From an uncultured Acidobacteriota bacterium (GTDB lineage: Bacteria; Acidobacteriota; Thermoanaerobaculia; Multivoradales; UBA5704): 64,000 bases of DNA. Both the position numbers and the translations under genes were made by a program. The notes under the pieces were generated by a model. The model worked only from the letters and a program-made list of their open reading frames with translations, was not told where the DNA came from and ran no database searches. This document shows positions 1 through 9,693 of the stretch, in pieces. The stretch is from contig OY969474.1 of NCBI GenBank assembly GCA_963700145.1, positions 3,040,001 through 3,104,000 of the forward strand, read 5' to 3'. Each line of letters begins with the position of its first letter. The stretch's first letter is position 1.

Positions 1-852
1 ACCAAGGGCCTCCACGCCCGCTGGCCGCGCCGGGTCTTCGACACCCCGATCGCCGAGAGCGGCACGATCGGCATCGCCGCCGGCGCCGCGCTCCTCGGCT
101 ACCGCCCCGTCGTCGAGATGCAGTTCGGCGACTTCATCACCTGCGGCTTCAACCAGCTCGTCAACGTCGCCGCCAAGCTCTACTACCGCTGGCAGGTGCC
201 CTGCCCCATCGTCGTCCGCCTCCCCACCGGCGGCGGCGTCGGCGCCGGCCCCTTCCACTCGCAGAACCCGGAAGGGTGGTTCGCCCACACCGCGGGGATC
301 AAAGTCGTCTGCCCCGCCACCGCCACCGACGCCAAGGCCCTCCTCAAGGCCGCCATCCGCGACCCCAACCCGGTCATGGTCTTCGAGCACAAGTTCCTCT
401 ACCGCCGCATCAAGGAGGCGCTGCCCGAAGGCCTGGACGCCGGCCGCCTCGGCGAAGCGCGCGTCGCCCGCCCCGGCCGCGACCTCACCCTCGTCGGCTA
501 CGGCGCCTCCACCTGGACCTGCCTAGAAGCCGCGACCGAGCTGGCGAAAGAAGGCGTCGAAGCCGAAGTGGTGGACCTGCGCACCCTCGTCCCCTACGAC
601 GAAGAAACCGTCCACGCCTCCGTCAAGAAAACCGCCCGCGCCCTGATCGTCCACGAAGCCCAGCTAACCGGCGGCTTCGGAGCCGAGGTAGCCGCCCGCA
701 TCGCCGACGCCTGCTTCCCCTGGCTAGACGCCCCCGTCCGTCGCCTCGCCTACCCCGACCGCCCCGTCCCCTACGCCAAGAATCTGGAGAAGGCATTGCT
801 TCCGGACCGCGACAAAGTCCTCAAGGCAGCACGAGAGCTCCTAGCGTTCTAA
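1..852 (+). CDS. 2-oxoacid dehydrogenase E1 beta subunit (5' partial)
   Basis: Frame is open from base 1 (FDTPIAESG...RPVVEMQFGDF) and contains HSQ, FEHK and VDLRTL motifs of the E1-beta family. Confidence 0.93.
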   Translation, partial: TKGLHARWPRRVFDTPIAESGTIGIAAGAALLGYRPVVEMQFGDFITCGFNQLVNVAAKLYYRWQVPCPIVVRLPTGGGVGAGPFHSQNPEGWFAHTAGIKVVCPATATDAKALLKAAIRDPNPVMVFEHKFLYRRIKEALPEGLDAGRLGEARVARPGRDLTLVGYGASTWTCLEAATELAKEGVEAEVVDLRTLVPYDEETVHASVKKTARALIVHEAQLTGGFGAEVAARIADACFPWLDAPVRRLAYPDRPVPYAKNLEKALLPDRDKVLKAARELLAF

Positions 853-877
853 AAACGCCCGGCACGTAGGCCGGGCG
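851..877 (-). terminator. Hairpin, likely intrinsic terminator for the convergent minus-strand operon
   Basis: CGCCCGGC-acgtag-GCCGGGCG stem preceded by AAAAA, which is a U-tract on the minus strand. Confidence 0.6.
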
Positions 878-943
878 CTACGTCCGATTGCCGGAAGGCC
901 GGGCGTCACGTTTTCCAGCCGTCGAATTGCGGGGTGGGGGGAA

Positions 944-1104
944 GGCGTTGCGGGGCGCCCCGGCGGGGAAGCTCTGAGCGAGCGCCGGGCAACCCCACCG
1001 CAGTCCGCCGTCGATGCCGGCGCAAAGCGAAGCGCAGGCGCGCGCCCCCCCTCGGCAGTCTTCAAAGCGCGCGCCGGTTCCCCGCCGGGGCGCCCCGCAA
1101 CGCC
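944..1104. mobile_element. MITE-like non-autonomous element, 161 bp
   Basis: Perfect 27-bp terminal inverted repeats (944-970 GGCGTTGCGGGGCGCCCCGGCGGGGAA and 1078-1104), flanked by the 10-bp direct repeat GTGGGGGGAA (934-943 and 1105-1114). Confidence 0.85.
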
Positions 1105-1117
1105 GTGGGGGGAAAAA

Positions 1118-1162
1118 CCCCCCGCCCAGATCCTTCGACTCGCTGCGCTCGCTCAGGATGAC
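1118..1162. repeat. REP-like palindromic element (GTCATCCTGAGCG...GATC type)
   Basis: CCCAGATCCTTCGACTCGCTGCGCTCGCTCAGGATGAC; related copies occur at 24321-24472. Confidence 0.75.
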
Positions 1163-1182
1163 GTGCGTCTGAACGACGCACG

Positions 1183-1902
1183 TCACCTCTCCAGCTGTTT
1201 CTCCAGCTCCTTGATCCGCTTCTCCAGCTCAGCCAACCGCTTCTCGAGCTCCGCCTCACGGCTCCGCAGCCGAATCAACCCCGAGTGCTCGCCAGGCTTG
1301 AGCTCCATCTCGAACTGCTCGCCCATCTTTTCGGGGTCGATCTTCAGCATCATCGGCTCGCCCGGTCTCCCCTTGCGGATGAACATCGGGGCAAGATCGA
1401 TCTCCGTCCGCTCGCGCCGCTCCAGATTCGCCGTCACCGTCTGCGCCTTCCCGTCGCGCCACAGCTCCACCGTCGCCGCCTGCCCGTCCTCCGCGTCACG
1501 CAGCGCCATGCGCAAATCGTGCGGCCCCTCGATCGCCTCCCCGTCCACGCGCGTCAAGACGTCGCCAACGCGGATCCCCGCCTTGTCCGCCGGGCTCCCC
1601 GCCTCCACACTCGCCACCAGCACCCCGCTCTCCTCCGGCACCCCGAAGTGAGCCCGCAGCTCCTTCGTCAGCGGCAGCGTGCCGACCCCGAGGAAACCGC
1701 GCGGCCCGCCGAGCAACAGCTCGCCGTCCGGACCGAGCCGCCGCTCGACGATCACGTCGCGGTGGACGTCCTTCTCGGCGCCGGGCTTGGCGACGCGCTT
1801 GACGTGCGGCTGCGGCTCCTTGGCCGCGGCCGGAAGGGGAAGCGCCACCACCGCCAGCAGCAGCGCGGCGCTCGTGAGAGATCGGGACACTCGTCGGTTC
1901 AT
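1183..1902 (-). CDS. Secreted PDZ-domain protein
   Basis: Signal peptide; GFLGV...GVLVASVEAGSPADKAGIRVGDV PDZ motif; C-terminal coiled coil. Confidence 0.88.
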   Translation of the reverse strand: MNRRVSRSLTSAALLLAVVALPLPAAAKEPQPHVKRVAKPGAEKDVHRDVIVERRLGPDGELLLGGPRGFLGVGTLPLTKELRAHFGVPEESGVLVASVEAGSPADKAGIRVGDVLTRVDGEAIEGPHDLRMALRDAEDGQAATVELWRDGKAQTVTANLERRERTEIDLAPMFIRKGRPGEPMMLKIDPEKMGEQFEMELKPGEHSGLIRLRSREAELEKRLAELEKRIKELEKQLER

Positions 1903-1926
1903 GCGTCGTCTCCTAGAGAAATCGGT

Positions 1927-2337
1927 TCAGTTCCTGGTCTGCCGGACTTCGCCCTCGGCGGGGACGCGGCTCAGGTCCACCACCAGGTCCACCTCGTCGT
2001 CGCCGCCGAGGTAGAGCACCGGCGGCGCCTCCGCCAGGGCTTCGATCTCGCTCTCCAGCGCCCGGTGCTCGCGCCGCAGCTCCTCGAGCAGGCGCCGGGC
2101 CTCGGCCGCTTCGATCCGTCCTTCCGCCTCGCGCCCGCGGCCGGGGCGGAGCGGGCCGGCGGCGACGCCGATGGCCAGCGCGGCCGCGGCGGCCGCCACG
2201 GCCAGGGCCGCGATCGGCCGCCGTCGCGGGGCGGGTTCGTCCAGCCGCGCCAGCAGGCGGGCGGTGAAGTCCGTCCCCGCCCGCTCGCGCGGCAGCGCGC
2301 GCAGGGTGCGCAGAGGCTCTAGCCGGTCGTCTTCCAT
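1927..2337 (-). CDS. Putative membrane anti-sigma factor
   Basis: Follows the ECF sigma gene; DFTARLLARL motif plus one TM helix. Confidence 0.7.
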   Translation of the reverse strand: MEDDRLEPLRTLRALPRERAGTDFTARLLARLDEPAPRRRPIAALAVAAAAAALAIGVAAGPLRPGRGREAEGRIEAAEARRLLEELRREHRALESEIEALAEAPPVLYLGGDDEVDLVVDLSRVPAEGEVRQTRN

Positions 2338-2921
2338 GATGCGGTGCCTCCGTTCCAGTAAGGCTCGAGCGATTGCCGGAGCTGCCGGCGCCCGCGGTGG
2401 ATGCGCGACTTGACCGTCCCCTCGCGCAGGCCGAGCTGCGCCGCGACGGCGGCGTAGGACCAGCCCTCGATCTCGTGCAGCACGAGCGGCACGCGCCAGC
2501 GCAGGGGGAGCGCGGCGAGCGCCGCGGCCACCTGCCGCTGCAGCTCGTCGCGCAAGAGGCCTGCGGCGGTGGACGCGGGCTCGGTGGCGTGGCCGGCGAG
2601 GAGGAGGAAGGGCGCGAGGAGCTGCTGCCGCCGCTCGCGCCGCCCTTCGGAGCGGACGAGGTTGGTGGCGATGCTGTAGAGGAAGGCGCGGAGCTGCCCT
2701 TGCTCGCAGTAGCGCGGGGCGGCGCGGAAGAGGCGGAGGAAGGTCTCCTGCGCCAGGTCCTCGGCGCGATCGCGGTCGCCGGTCAGGCGGGTGACGTAGT
2801 TGACGATGGCGTCCTTGTAGCGGTCGACGAGGGCGGCGAAGGCCTGCCGGTCGCCGTCCGCGGCCCGCGCCATCAGCTCGTCGTCGCCCGGCCCGAAGGC
2901 GGCGAGAATCGGCTCGGTCAT
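2319..2921 (-). CDS. ECF RNA polymerase sigma factor
   Basis: AEDLAQETF region 2; GTVKSRIHRGR region 4. Confidence 0.95.
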   Translation of the reverse strand: MTEPILAAFGPGDDELMARAADGDRQAFAALVDRYKDAIVNYVTRLTGDRDRAEDLAQETFLRLFRAAPRYCEQGQLRAFLYSIATNLVRSEGRRERRQQLLAPFLLLAGHATEPASTAAGLLRDELQRQVAAALAALPLRWRVPLVLHEIEGWSYAAVAAQLGLREGTVKSRIHRGRRQLRQSLEPYWNGGTASWKTTG

Positions 2922-2931
2922 CGCAGCTTGA

Positions 2932-2956
2932 AACGCACGGCCGAGCCTAAGGTTCC
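2932..2956 (-). promoter_or_regulatory. ECF-type promoter, probably autoregulatory
   Basis: GGAAC-N16-CGTT on the minus strand, ending about 10 nt before the sigma ATG. Confidence 0.6.
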
Positions 2957-2965
2957 CAGTTCGGG

Positions 2966-3394
2966 TCAGCGATCTTCGAGCCGATAGACGAAGCGGAGCC
3001 CCGACCAGACCTCGTCGACGGCGCAGACCTTGTTGTCGACGAGCCCGAGGTCGAGCCCGGCGCGCTGCACCGGCGCGAAGGCGAGGTCGGTGGGGACGCC
3101 GGCGCTCTTCTTCGGCCAGGCCACCCAGAGGGCGCCGCCGCGGTCGAGGGCGCGGGCGAGGGGAGCGAGGTGGCGGCCGAGGGCCGCGAGGTCGAGGGCG
3201 AAGAGGAGGACGAGGTCGAGCGGCGCTGCGCCGGCGCGCCGGCCGGGCGCCCCGTCGAGGCGCTCCACCCGCGCCCCCTCCGGCAGCGGCTCGAGAAGCC
3301 CCTCGAACCCCTCCGGCGCCCCCACCAGCGCCAGCCGCCCGCCGGGCTTCAGCCCCAGCTTCCGCGCCAGCGGCGTCCCCGAGTACCCGGCCAC
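2966..3394 (-). CDS. DUF3052-like protein
   Basis: GYSGTPLARKLG...LWVAWPKK...GLVDNKVCAVDEVWSGLRF; GTG start inferred at 3394. Confidence 0.85.
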   Translation of the reverse strand: MAGYSGTPLARKLGLKPGGRLALVGAPEGFEGLLEPLPEGARVERLDGAPGRRAGAAPLDLVLLFALDLAALGRHLAPLARALDRGGALWVAWPKKSAGVPTDLAFAPVQRAGLDLGLVDNKVCAVDEVWSGLRFVYRLEDR

Positions 3395-3434
3395 CGGCGG
3401 GACGGTATCACCGGCGGTCGCTACAATCGGCCGC

Positions 3435-3875
3435 ATGAGCGACGACGCGCACGCCCCGACGATCTTCGACAAGATTCTGGCCGGGGAGATCCCCTGCCAT
3501 CGCGTCTACGAGGACGAGAAGGTCCTCGCCTTCCTCGACGTCGGCCCGCTGTCGGACGGGCACACGCTGGTGATCCCCAAGGAGCGGAAGGCACGGCTCG
3601 ATCAGCTCTCGGAGGAGTCGGCCGCGGCGATCGGGCGCGTCCTGCCGCGCCTCTGCCGCGCGGTCGTGCGGGCAACCGGCGCCACCGCCTACAACGTCCT
3701 CCAGAACAACGGCGCCGCGGCGCACCAGGCGGTGATGCACGTCCACTTCCACATCATCCCCAAGCACGGCGGCCGCGGCCTCGGCATCGGCTGGACCCCC
3801 GGCCGCCTCGACGACGCGACCGCCCGCGACCTCGTCGCCAAGATCCAGGCGGCGCTCGCGGAGGAGGCGGCTTGA
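3435..3875 (+). CDS. HIT family hydrolase
   Basis: TIFDKILAGEIP, GHTLVIPK and HVHFHIIP histidine triad. Confidence 0.95.
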   Translation: MSDDAHAPTIFDKILAGEIPCHRVYEDEKVLAFLDVGPLSDGHTLVIPKERKARLDQLSEESAAAIGRVLPRLCRAVVRATGATAYNVLQNNGAAAHQAVMHVHFHIIPKHGGRGLGIGWTPGRLDDATARDLVAKIQAALAEEAA

Positions 3876-4879
3876 AGGTCGTCGAGCTGCGGGCCTGGGG
3901 CCTCGAGAACCTGGTCCTCGCCGAGCGGCCGGAGCCGCAGCCCGGGGCGCGGCAGGTGGTGGTGCGGGTGCGCGCCGCGTCGCTCAACTACCGCGACCTG
4001 CTCCTCATCCGCGGCGCCTACAATCCGAAGCAGAAGCTCCCCGTCGTCCCGTGCTCGGACGGCGCCGGCGTCGTCGTCGCGGTCGGCGACGGGGTCACCC
4101 GCGTCCGCCCCGGCGACCGCGTCTGCCCGACGTTCCATCAGGCATGGCTCGCCGGCGAGCCCTCCCGCGAGCGCCTCCGCGCGTCCCTCGGCGGTCCGCT
4201 CGACGGCACGCTCGCCGAGTTCATGCTCCTCGACGAGGAGGGGCTCGTCGCGATCCCCGGGGACCTCAGCGACGAGCAGGCCGCCACCCTCCCCTGCGCC
4301 GCCGTCACCGCCTGGAACGCGCTGGTCACCGAAGGGGGCGTCGTCGCCGGCGACACCGTGCTCGTCCAGGGCACCGGCGGGGTCTCGATCTTCGCCCTCC
4401 AGCTCGGCGTCCTCCTGGGCGCGCGCGTCCTCGTCACCTCCAGCTCAGACGCCAAGCTCGCCCGCGCCAAGGAGCTCGGCGCATGGGAGCTGATCAACTA
4501 CAAGGAAATACCGGCCTGGGGCGTGCGAGCGCGAGAGCTGACCGGCGGGCGCGGCGTCGATCACGTCGTCGAGGTCGGCGGCGCCGGCACCTTCGAGCAG
4601 TCGCTCCAGGCGCTGCGCCCCGGCGGCACGCTGAGCCTGATCGGCGTCCTCGCCGGCGCCGCGCTCGAGCTGCGGCTGCCCGCGATCCAGATGCGCATGC
4701 TGCGCGTGCAGGGCCTCCTGGTCGGCCATCGCGACAGCTTCGAGGCGATGAACCGCGCCATCGCCCACCACGGCCTCCGCCCGGTCGTGGACCAGGTCTT
4801 CCCCCTCGCCGAAGCGCGCACCGCTTTCGAGCACCTCGCCTCCGGCGCCCACTTCGGCAAGGTGGTCGTCCGGATCTAG
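3872..4879 (+). CDS. NAD(P)-dependent alcohol dehydrogenase-like (MDR) oxidoreductase
   Basis: ASLNYRD, SDGAG, GTGGVS and HFGKVV motifs; TTG start overlaps the HIT stop. Confidence 0.92.
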   Translation: MKVVELRAWGLENLVLAERPEPQPGARQVVVRVRAASLNYRDLLLIRGAYNPKQKLPVVPCSDGAGVVVAVGDGVTRVRPGDRVCPTFHQAWLAGEPSRERLRASLGGPLDGTLAEFMLLDEEGLVAIPGDLSDEQAATLPCAAVTAWNALVTEGGVVAGDTVLVQGTGGVSIFALQLGVLLGARVLVTSSSDAKLARAKELGAWELINYKEIPAWGVRARELTGGRGVDHVVEVGGAGTFEQSLQALRPGGTLSLIGVLAGAALELRLPAIQMRMLRVQGLLVGHRDSFEAMNRAIAHHGLRPVVDQVFPLAEARTAFEHLASGAHFGKVVVRI

Positions 4880-4883
4880 AGCG

Positions 4884-5318
4884 TCAGCGGCAGGTCGAGC
4901 AGGCGCGGCAGAGGCGGCGGTTCAGGAGGTGGCCGGCGGCGAGGACCCCGGTGCCGGCGGTGACCAGCGCCGCCTCCCAGGGCTCGTGCGTGGCGAGCAG
5001 GCCGGCGGCGATCGCCGCCAGCGCCACGGCGAGGAGGAGCAGCACGCCGTGCCGGCGGTGGCGCCGGAAGCCCCAGCAGAGGCTGGCCGAGCCGAGGAGC
5101 GCGGAGGCGACGACCAGGAGGCGCTCGACCCCGTGGTCGAGACGAAACGCGGTCGAGGCGAGCGGCAGGAACGTGAGGACGAGCGGCATCGCCAGGCAGT
5201 GGAGGGCGCAGCCGAGGGCCAGCGCGGAGCTCCAGCGGCCGAGGCGGTCGACGGCCGCGGAGCCCGCGGGCGGGCTTTCAGCGGGGGCGAGGCCGATCGG
5301 CGCGGTTTGTGGGTGCAT
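4884..5318 (-). CDS. MerC-domain membrane protein
   Basis: CALHCL in TM1, four TM helices, GHLLN..C..C C-terminus. Confidence 0.85.
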   Translation of the reverse strand: MHPQTAPIGLAPAESPPAGSAAVDRLGRWSSALALGCALHCLAMPLVLTFLPLASTAFRLDHGVERLLVVASALLGSASLCWGFRRHRRHGVLLLLAVALAAIAAGLLATHEPWEAALVTAGTGVLAAGHLLNRRLCRACSTCR

Positions 5319-5410
5319 GGAGCGATTGCCTGCGAAGCGCGGGGGCGCGATAGATACCCCAGGGCCCCCCGCGGCGTCAACCGGCCCCGGCGTAGCGATA
5401 GCATCGCGGC

Positions 5411-6385
5411 ATGCCCTCCCGCCCCCGCCGACGCCGGCGCCGGAGCGCCCGCGGCGGCGTCCTCTGGGTCCTCCTGGGCTTCCTGACCGCCGGTCTCGCC
5501 TCCTGGCTTTTCTTCAAGCGGCGGGAGGACGAGTGGGAGGGGTCTGGGGGCGGCGGGCCCCCCGCCGAGCCGCCGGACACGACCGAGCCCGCCGAGCGCG
5601 CCTTCTGGGTCGCCGGGCCGGCCGGGAACCTCCACGTCCTCGACGGGGGCGGCGGCGAGGGCGCGGCGGCCGGGCGCGCGCTGCCCGTCCTCTTCGTCCA
5701 CTCCCTGGCGGGGAACGGCGGCCAGTGGCGGGCGCAGCTCGACCACCTCCGCGCCGCCGGCCGCCGCGCCGTCGCGCTCGACCTGCGCGGCCACGGCGAG
5801 TCCGAGCCGGCCGAGGACGGCGACTACTCGATCGCCGGGCTGGCGGCGGACGTCGCCGCCGTCGCCGACCAGCTCGGCCTCCGCCGCTTCGTCCTCGCCG
5901 GCCACAGCCTGGGGTCGCTCGCGGCGATCGACTACGCCGGCCGCCACCCCGAGCGCGTCGCCGCGCTCTTCCTCGTCGATCCCAACGGCGACATGACCGA
6001 CACCCCGCGTTCGGACTTCGAGCCGTTCCTCGCCACGCTGCGCGCCGACCCGCACGCCGAGCTGACCTCTTATTACCGCCAGCTCGTCGTCCACGCTCCG
6101 CCCGCGGCCGCCGCGCGCGTCCTCGCCGGCGTCCGCGACACCGCCGAGGAGGCGATCCTCGGCGGCATCGAGGCCGCCTTCGCCTACCCGCCCCTCCCCG
6201 CCCTCGACGCCTACCCCGGCCCCAAGCTCTCCGTCGTCTCGGACCTGAACGACCTCCCCGTAAGCCTCCACAAGCGCCGCCCCGACCTCCCCACCCGCTG
6301 GATCCCCCACACCGGCCACTGGCTGCAGATGGACGCGCCCGAGGCCGTCAACCGGATCCTCGAGGAGCTCCTGGGCGCTCTGTAA
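5411..6385 (+). CDS. Membrane-anchored alpha/beta hydrolase
   Basis: DLRGHGES, GHSLG nucleophile elbow, GHWLQ; N-terminal TM helix. Confidence 0.9.
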   Translation: MPSRPRRRRRRSARGGVLWVLLGFLTAGLASWLFFKRREDEWEGSGGGGPPAEPPDTTEPAERAFWVAGPAGNLHVLDGGGGEGAAAGRALPVLFVHSLAGNGGQWRAQLDHLRAAGRRAVALDLRGHGESEPAEDGDYSIAGLAADVAAVADQLGLRRFVLAGHSLGSLAAIDYAGRHPERVAALFLVDPNGDMTDTPRSDFEPFLATLRADPHAELTSYYRQLVVHAPPAAAARVLAGVRDTAEEAILGGIEAAFAYPPLPALDAYPGPKLSVVSDLNDLPVSLHKRRPDLPTRWIPHTGHWLQMDAPEAVNRILEELLGAL

Positions 6386-6406
6386 CAACCCCCCGCGAGG
6401 CGCGTT
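6381..6406 (+). promoter_or_regulatory. ECF-type promoter, likely giving a leaderless transcript
   Basis: TGTAAC-N16-CGTT ending 6 nt before the sigma ATG at 6413. Confidence 0.6.
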
Positions 6407-6412
6407 CTAGGG

Positions 6413-6988
6413 ATGGAGACGAAAGGAGGGCCACCGGCCGTGATTGCCGCCGCCCACTCAGATTCGACGCCTCGGAGACCGCCGCTGCCGCTCGAGGCGC
6501 TGTTCCAGGAGCACCACGGCGCGGTCTACCGCGCCGCCTACCGCATCACCGGCGACGCGGCGGACGCCGAGGACGTGCTGCAGACCGTCTTCGTCCGCCT
6601 GCTCCGCCGCGAGGACGAGCTGGACCTCTCGGAGAGCGCTTCGAGCTACCTGCACCGCGCGGCGGTCAACGCCGCGCTCGACCTGCTGCGCTCGCGCCGG
6701 CGCTCGCGCGCCGTGGCGCTGGCCGAGGTCGAAGGCGCGCTCGAGGAGACCGACCCCGGCCCCGAGCGCAGCCGCGGCGGCCGCGAGCTCGCCGCGCGCC
6801 TCCGCGCCGCCCTGACCCGCCTACCACCGAAGAGCGCCGAGATCTTCACCCTGCGCTACTTCGAGGAGCGCAGCAACCTGGAAATCGCCCGCATGCTCGG
6901 CGTCTCGCAGACGTCGATCGCCGTGATCCTGCACCGCGCGCGCCACCGCCTCCGCAAGGAGCTGGCGTTTGAAGGAGGTTTGTCATGA
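6413..6988 (+). CDS. ECF RNA polymerase sigma factor
   Basis: [10 protein letters not shown] region 2; EIARMLG...LHRAR region 4. Confidence 0.95.
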   Translation: METKGGPPAVIAAAHSDSTPRRPPLPLEALFQEHHGAVYRAAYRITGDAADAEDVLQTVFVRLLRREDELDLSESASSYLHRAAVNAALDLLRSRRRSRAVALAEVEGALEETDPGPERSRGGRELAARLRAALTRLPPKSAEIFTLRYFEERSNLEIARMLGVSQTSIAVILHRARHRLRKELAFEGGLS

Positions 6989-9693
6989 GCCGCACCCCGA
7001 AGATGGACGACGCCACGCTGGACCGGGCCATCGCCCTGGCCCGGAGCGAGGCCCCCGAGCCGGCGACGGTCGAGGCGGCCGCCGCCCGGGTCTGGGAGCG
7101 CCTGGCCAGCGGTACCGATACCGCCCCGGCCGCGCCGGCCGCGGTCCCCGTCAACGCCGGCCCGATCGAGTCGATCCGGGGCTGCGCCGACTTCACCAGC
7201 CTGATCCCGGCCTACGTCGCCGGCGGGCTCACGCCGGCGCGCGCCCTGCTGCTCGAGGACCACACCCGCGAGTGCCTGGCCTGCCGCCGCGCGCTCAAGG
7301 AAGCCAAGAGCGGTGCTCCGGCCGCCGACGCTCCCGCCGCCGGCTGGAGCGCCACCCGTCCGGCCGCCGCCCGGCGCCCGGTCGCGGCGTTCCGCACCCG
7401 CCCCGCCGCCCTCGCCCTCGCCGCGACGCTGGCACTGGTCGCCGGCGCCGGCCTCTTCGTCCTGCTCGCCGAGCTCTTCACCGGCGGCGCCGAGATGGCG
7501 CGCGTCGCCTCGGTCCAGGGCGACCTCTTCCGCGTCGAGGGCGCCGGCGTCGCGCCGGTCGCCGCCGGCGAGGCGGTCGGCGAAGGCGAGGAGCTGCGCA
7601 CCGCCAAGGGCTCGACCGCCCTCCTGCGGCTCGCCGACGGCTCCCTCATCGAGATGAACGAGCGCGCCAACCTCGCGCTCGACGCCGGCCTCTCCGGCAA
7701 CACCATCGAGCTGGCGCGCGGCCAGGTCATCGTCCGCGCCGCCAAGCAGCGGCCGCGCCACCTCTACGTCCAGAGCGGCGACGCCCTAGTCTCGGTCACC
7801 GGCACGATCTTCTCGGTCAACGCCGGCACCAAGGGCTCGCGCGTCTCCGTCATCGAGGGCGAGGTGCGCGTGGCGCAGGCGCGGAGCGACAGCGTCCTCC
7901 ACGCCGGCGACCAGATCGCCACCCACGCCAGCGTCGAGCGGGTGCCGCTGGCCGAGGAGATCGCCTGGAGCCGCGACCGCGACCGCTACCTCGCTCTGCT
8001 CGGCGAGCTGGGCGAGCTCGGCCGCGAGATCGACGCCCGCCTCGACTGGCCGGGCCTCCGCACCTCGACGCGCCTGCTCGACCTGGCGCCGGCCGACACG
8101 CGGATCTGGGTGGCGCTGCCGAACCTCGCCGCCAACCTGGCCGAGACGCAGCGCAGCCTCGACGCCCGCATCGCCGGCAGCGAGCTGCTGCAGCAGTGGT
8201 GGGAGCAGACGATGCGCTCGCCCGCGACCGAGGCGCGCTTCCGCGAGCTGCTCGGCCGGCTCGACGCGCTGGGGCGGCACCTCGGCCCCGAGGTGGCGGT
8301 GGCGGTGACCGAGGCCGGGCCGGTGGCCCTGGCCGAGGTCGTGAACCCCGCCGGCCTGCGCGCCGCGATCGCCGACGAGATGGCGCGGGCAACCGCCGAG
8401 AACGGCGAGCACGGCGAGCACGGTCTGACGATCGTCGACGACCCGGCCGCGGCGGCCGACGGCAAGGCCTCGGTCTGGATCGGCGAGGACGTCGTCGTCG
8501 CCAGCCCCGAGCCGGCCCTCCTCGCCGCGGTCGCGGCGGCGGCCGGCGGCGGCTCGGGCGCCTTCGCCGGCACCGAGTTCCACGGCCGTCTCGCCGAGGC
8601 CTACGCCGAGGGCGCCGGCTGGCTCTTCGGCGCCGACGCCAAGAAGCTCCTCCTGGGCCACGGGCCGCACGGCGACGGCGCCGACGGCGAGGCGCACGAG
8701 CGCCACGCCGAGGCGCTCGGTATCCTCGACATCGAGCACTTCGTCATCGACCACCGCGAGACCCCGGCCGGCGGTCAGACGATGGCCGCCCTCTCCTTCG
8801 ACCGCCCGCGGCGCGGCGTCGCCTCCTGGCTCGCCGCTCCGGGGCCGATGGGGAGCCTCGGCTTCGTCTCGCCGGAGGCGACCATCGCCGCCGCCTTCGT
8901 CGTCAAGGACCCGGCGACGATGCTCGACGAGATGCTCGCCGCCATCCCCGAGATGGGCGAGTCGCTCGCCAAGCTCAAGAGCGAGCACGGGCTCGACCTG
9001 CGCGAGGACCTGGCCGCGCCGCTCGGCGGCGAGGTGGCTTTCGCGGTGGACGGGCCGCTGCTGCCCAAGCCGTCGTGGAAGCTGATCGTCGAGGTCTACG
9101 ACCCGGCGCGCCTCCAGGCCACGCTCAAGCGCTTCGCCGCCGAGGTGGCGCAACGCGACGGGCAGCCGGGGATGACGCTCACCGAGGACGAGGCGGGCGG
9201 CCGCACCTGGTACACGCTGCGCTGCACCGAGCAGGGCTCGCCCTTCGAGGTCCACTACACCTACCTCGACGGGTACCTGGTGGCCGGCCCGAGCCGGGCG
9301 CTCGTCGAGCGGGCGCTGCTGCTCCGCGACTCGGAGACGACGCTGGTGACGAGCGCGGCCTTCCGCGAGCTGCTGCCCGCGGACGTCGAGGTCAACTTCT
9401 CGGCGCTGGTGTTCCACAACCTGGGGCCGGCGCTCGGCCCGGTGGCCAACCGGCTGCCTGCCATGCCCGGTGGCGCCGGCAAGGGGCCGGCGTCGGTGGC
9501 GGGCTTCATCGGCAGCCTTCGGCCCACCCTGGCCTACGCCTACGGCGAGGAGGACCGCATCCTCTTCGCCAGCTCCAGCCGCCCCTCGCCGCTCGGGCTC
9601 AACCTGAACGCGCTGGCCGGCTTCGGCGGCCTGTTCGGGATGATGAACGGCGCGGCGGGCCAGGCGGCGGCCGCCGAGGCCGAGGCCCGCTAG
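6985..9693 (+). CDS. Anti-sigma factor with zinc finger (HxxxCxxC), TM, FecR-like domain and large periplasmic C-terminal domain
   Basis: [10 protein letters not shown] helix, LADGS...VTGTIFSV...[10 protein letters not shown]; ATGA overlap with the sigma gene. Confidence 0.85.
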   Translation: MSRTPKMDDATLDRAIALARSEAPEPATVEAAAARVWERLASGTDTAPAAPAAVPVNAGPIESIRGCADFTSLIPAYVAGGLTPARALLLEDHTRECLACRRALKEAKSGAPAADAPAAGWSATRPAAARRPVAAFRTRPAALALAATLALVAGAGLFVLLAELFTGGAEMARVASVQGDLFRVEGAGVAPVAAGEAVGEGEELRTAKGSTALLRLADGSLIEMNERANLALDAGLSGNTIELARGQVIVRAAKQRPRHLYVQSGDALVSVTGTIFSVNAGTKGSRVSVIEGEVRVAQARSDSVLHAGDQIATHASVERVPLAEEIAWSRDRDRYLALLGELGELGREIDARLDWPGLRTSTRLLDLAPADTRIWVALPNLAANLAETQRSLDARIAGSELLQQWWEQTMRSPATEARFRELLGRLDALGRHLGPEVAVAVTEAGPVALAEVVNPAGLRAAIADEMARATAENGEHGEHGLTIVDDPAAAADGKASVWIGEDVVVASPEPALLAAVAAAAGGGSGAFAGTEFHGRLAEAYAEGAGWLFGADAKKLLLGHGPHGDGADGEAHERHAEALGILDIEHFVIDHRETPAGGQTMAALSFDRPRRGVASWLAAPGPMGSLGFVSPEATIAAAFVVKDPATMLDEMLAAIPEMGESLAKLKSEHGLDLREDLAAPLGGEVAFAVDGPLLPKPSWKLIVEVYDPARLQATLKRFAAEVAQRDGQPGMTLTEDEAGGRTWYTLRCTEQGSPFEVHYTYLDGYLVAGPSRALVERALLLRDSETTLVTSAAFRELLPADVEVNFSALVFHNLGPALGPVANRLPAMPGGAGKGPASVAGFIGSLRPTLAYAYGEEDRILFASSSRPSPLGLNLNALAGFGGLFGMMNGAAGQAAAAEAEAR

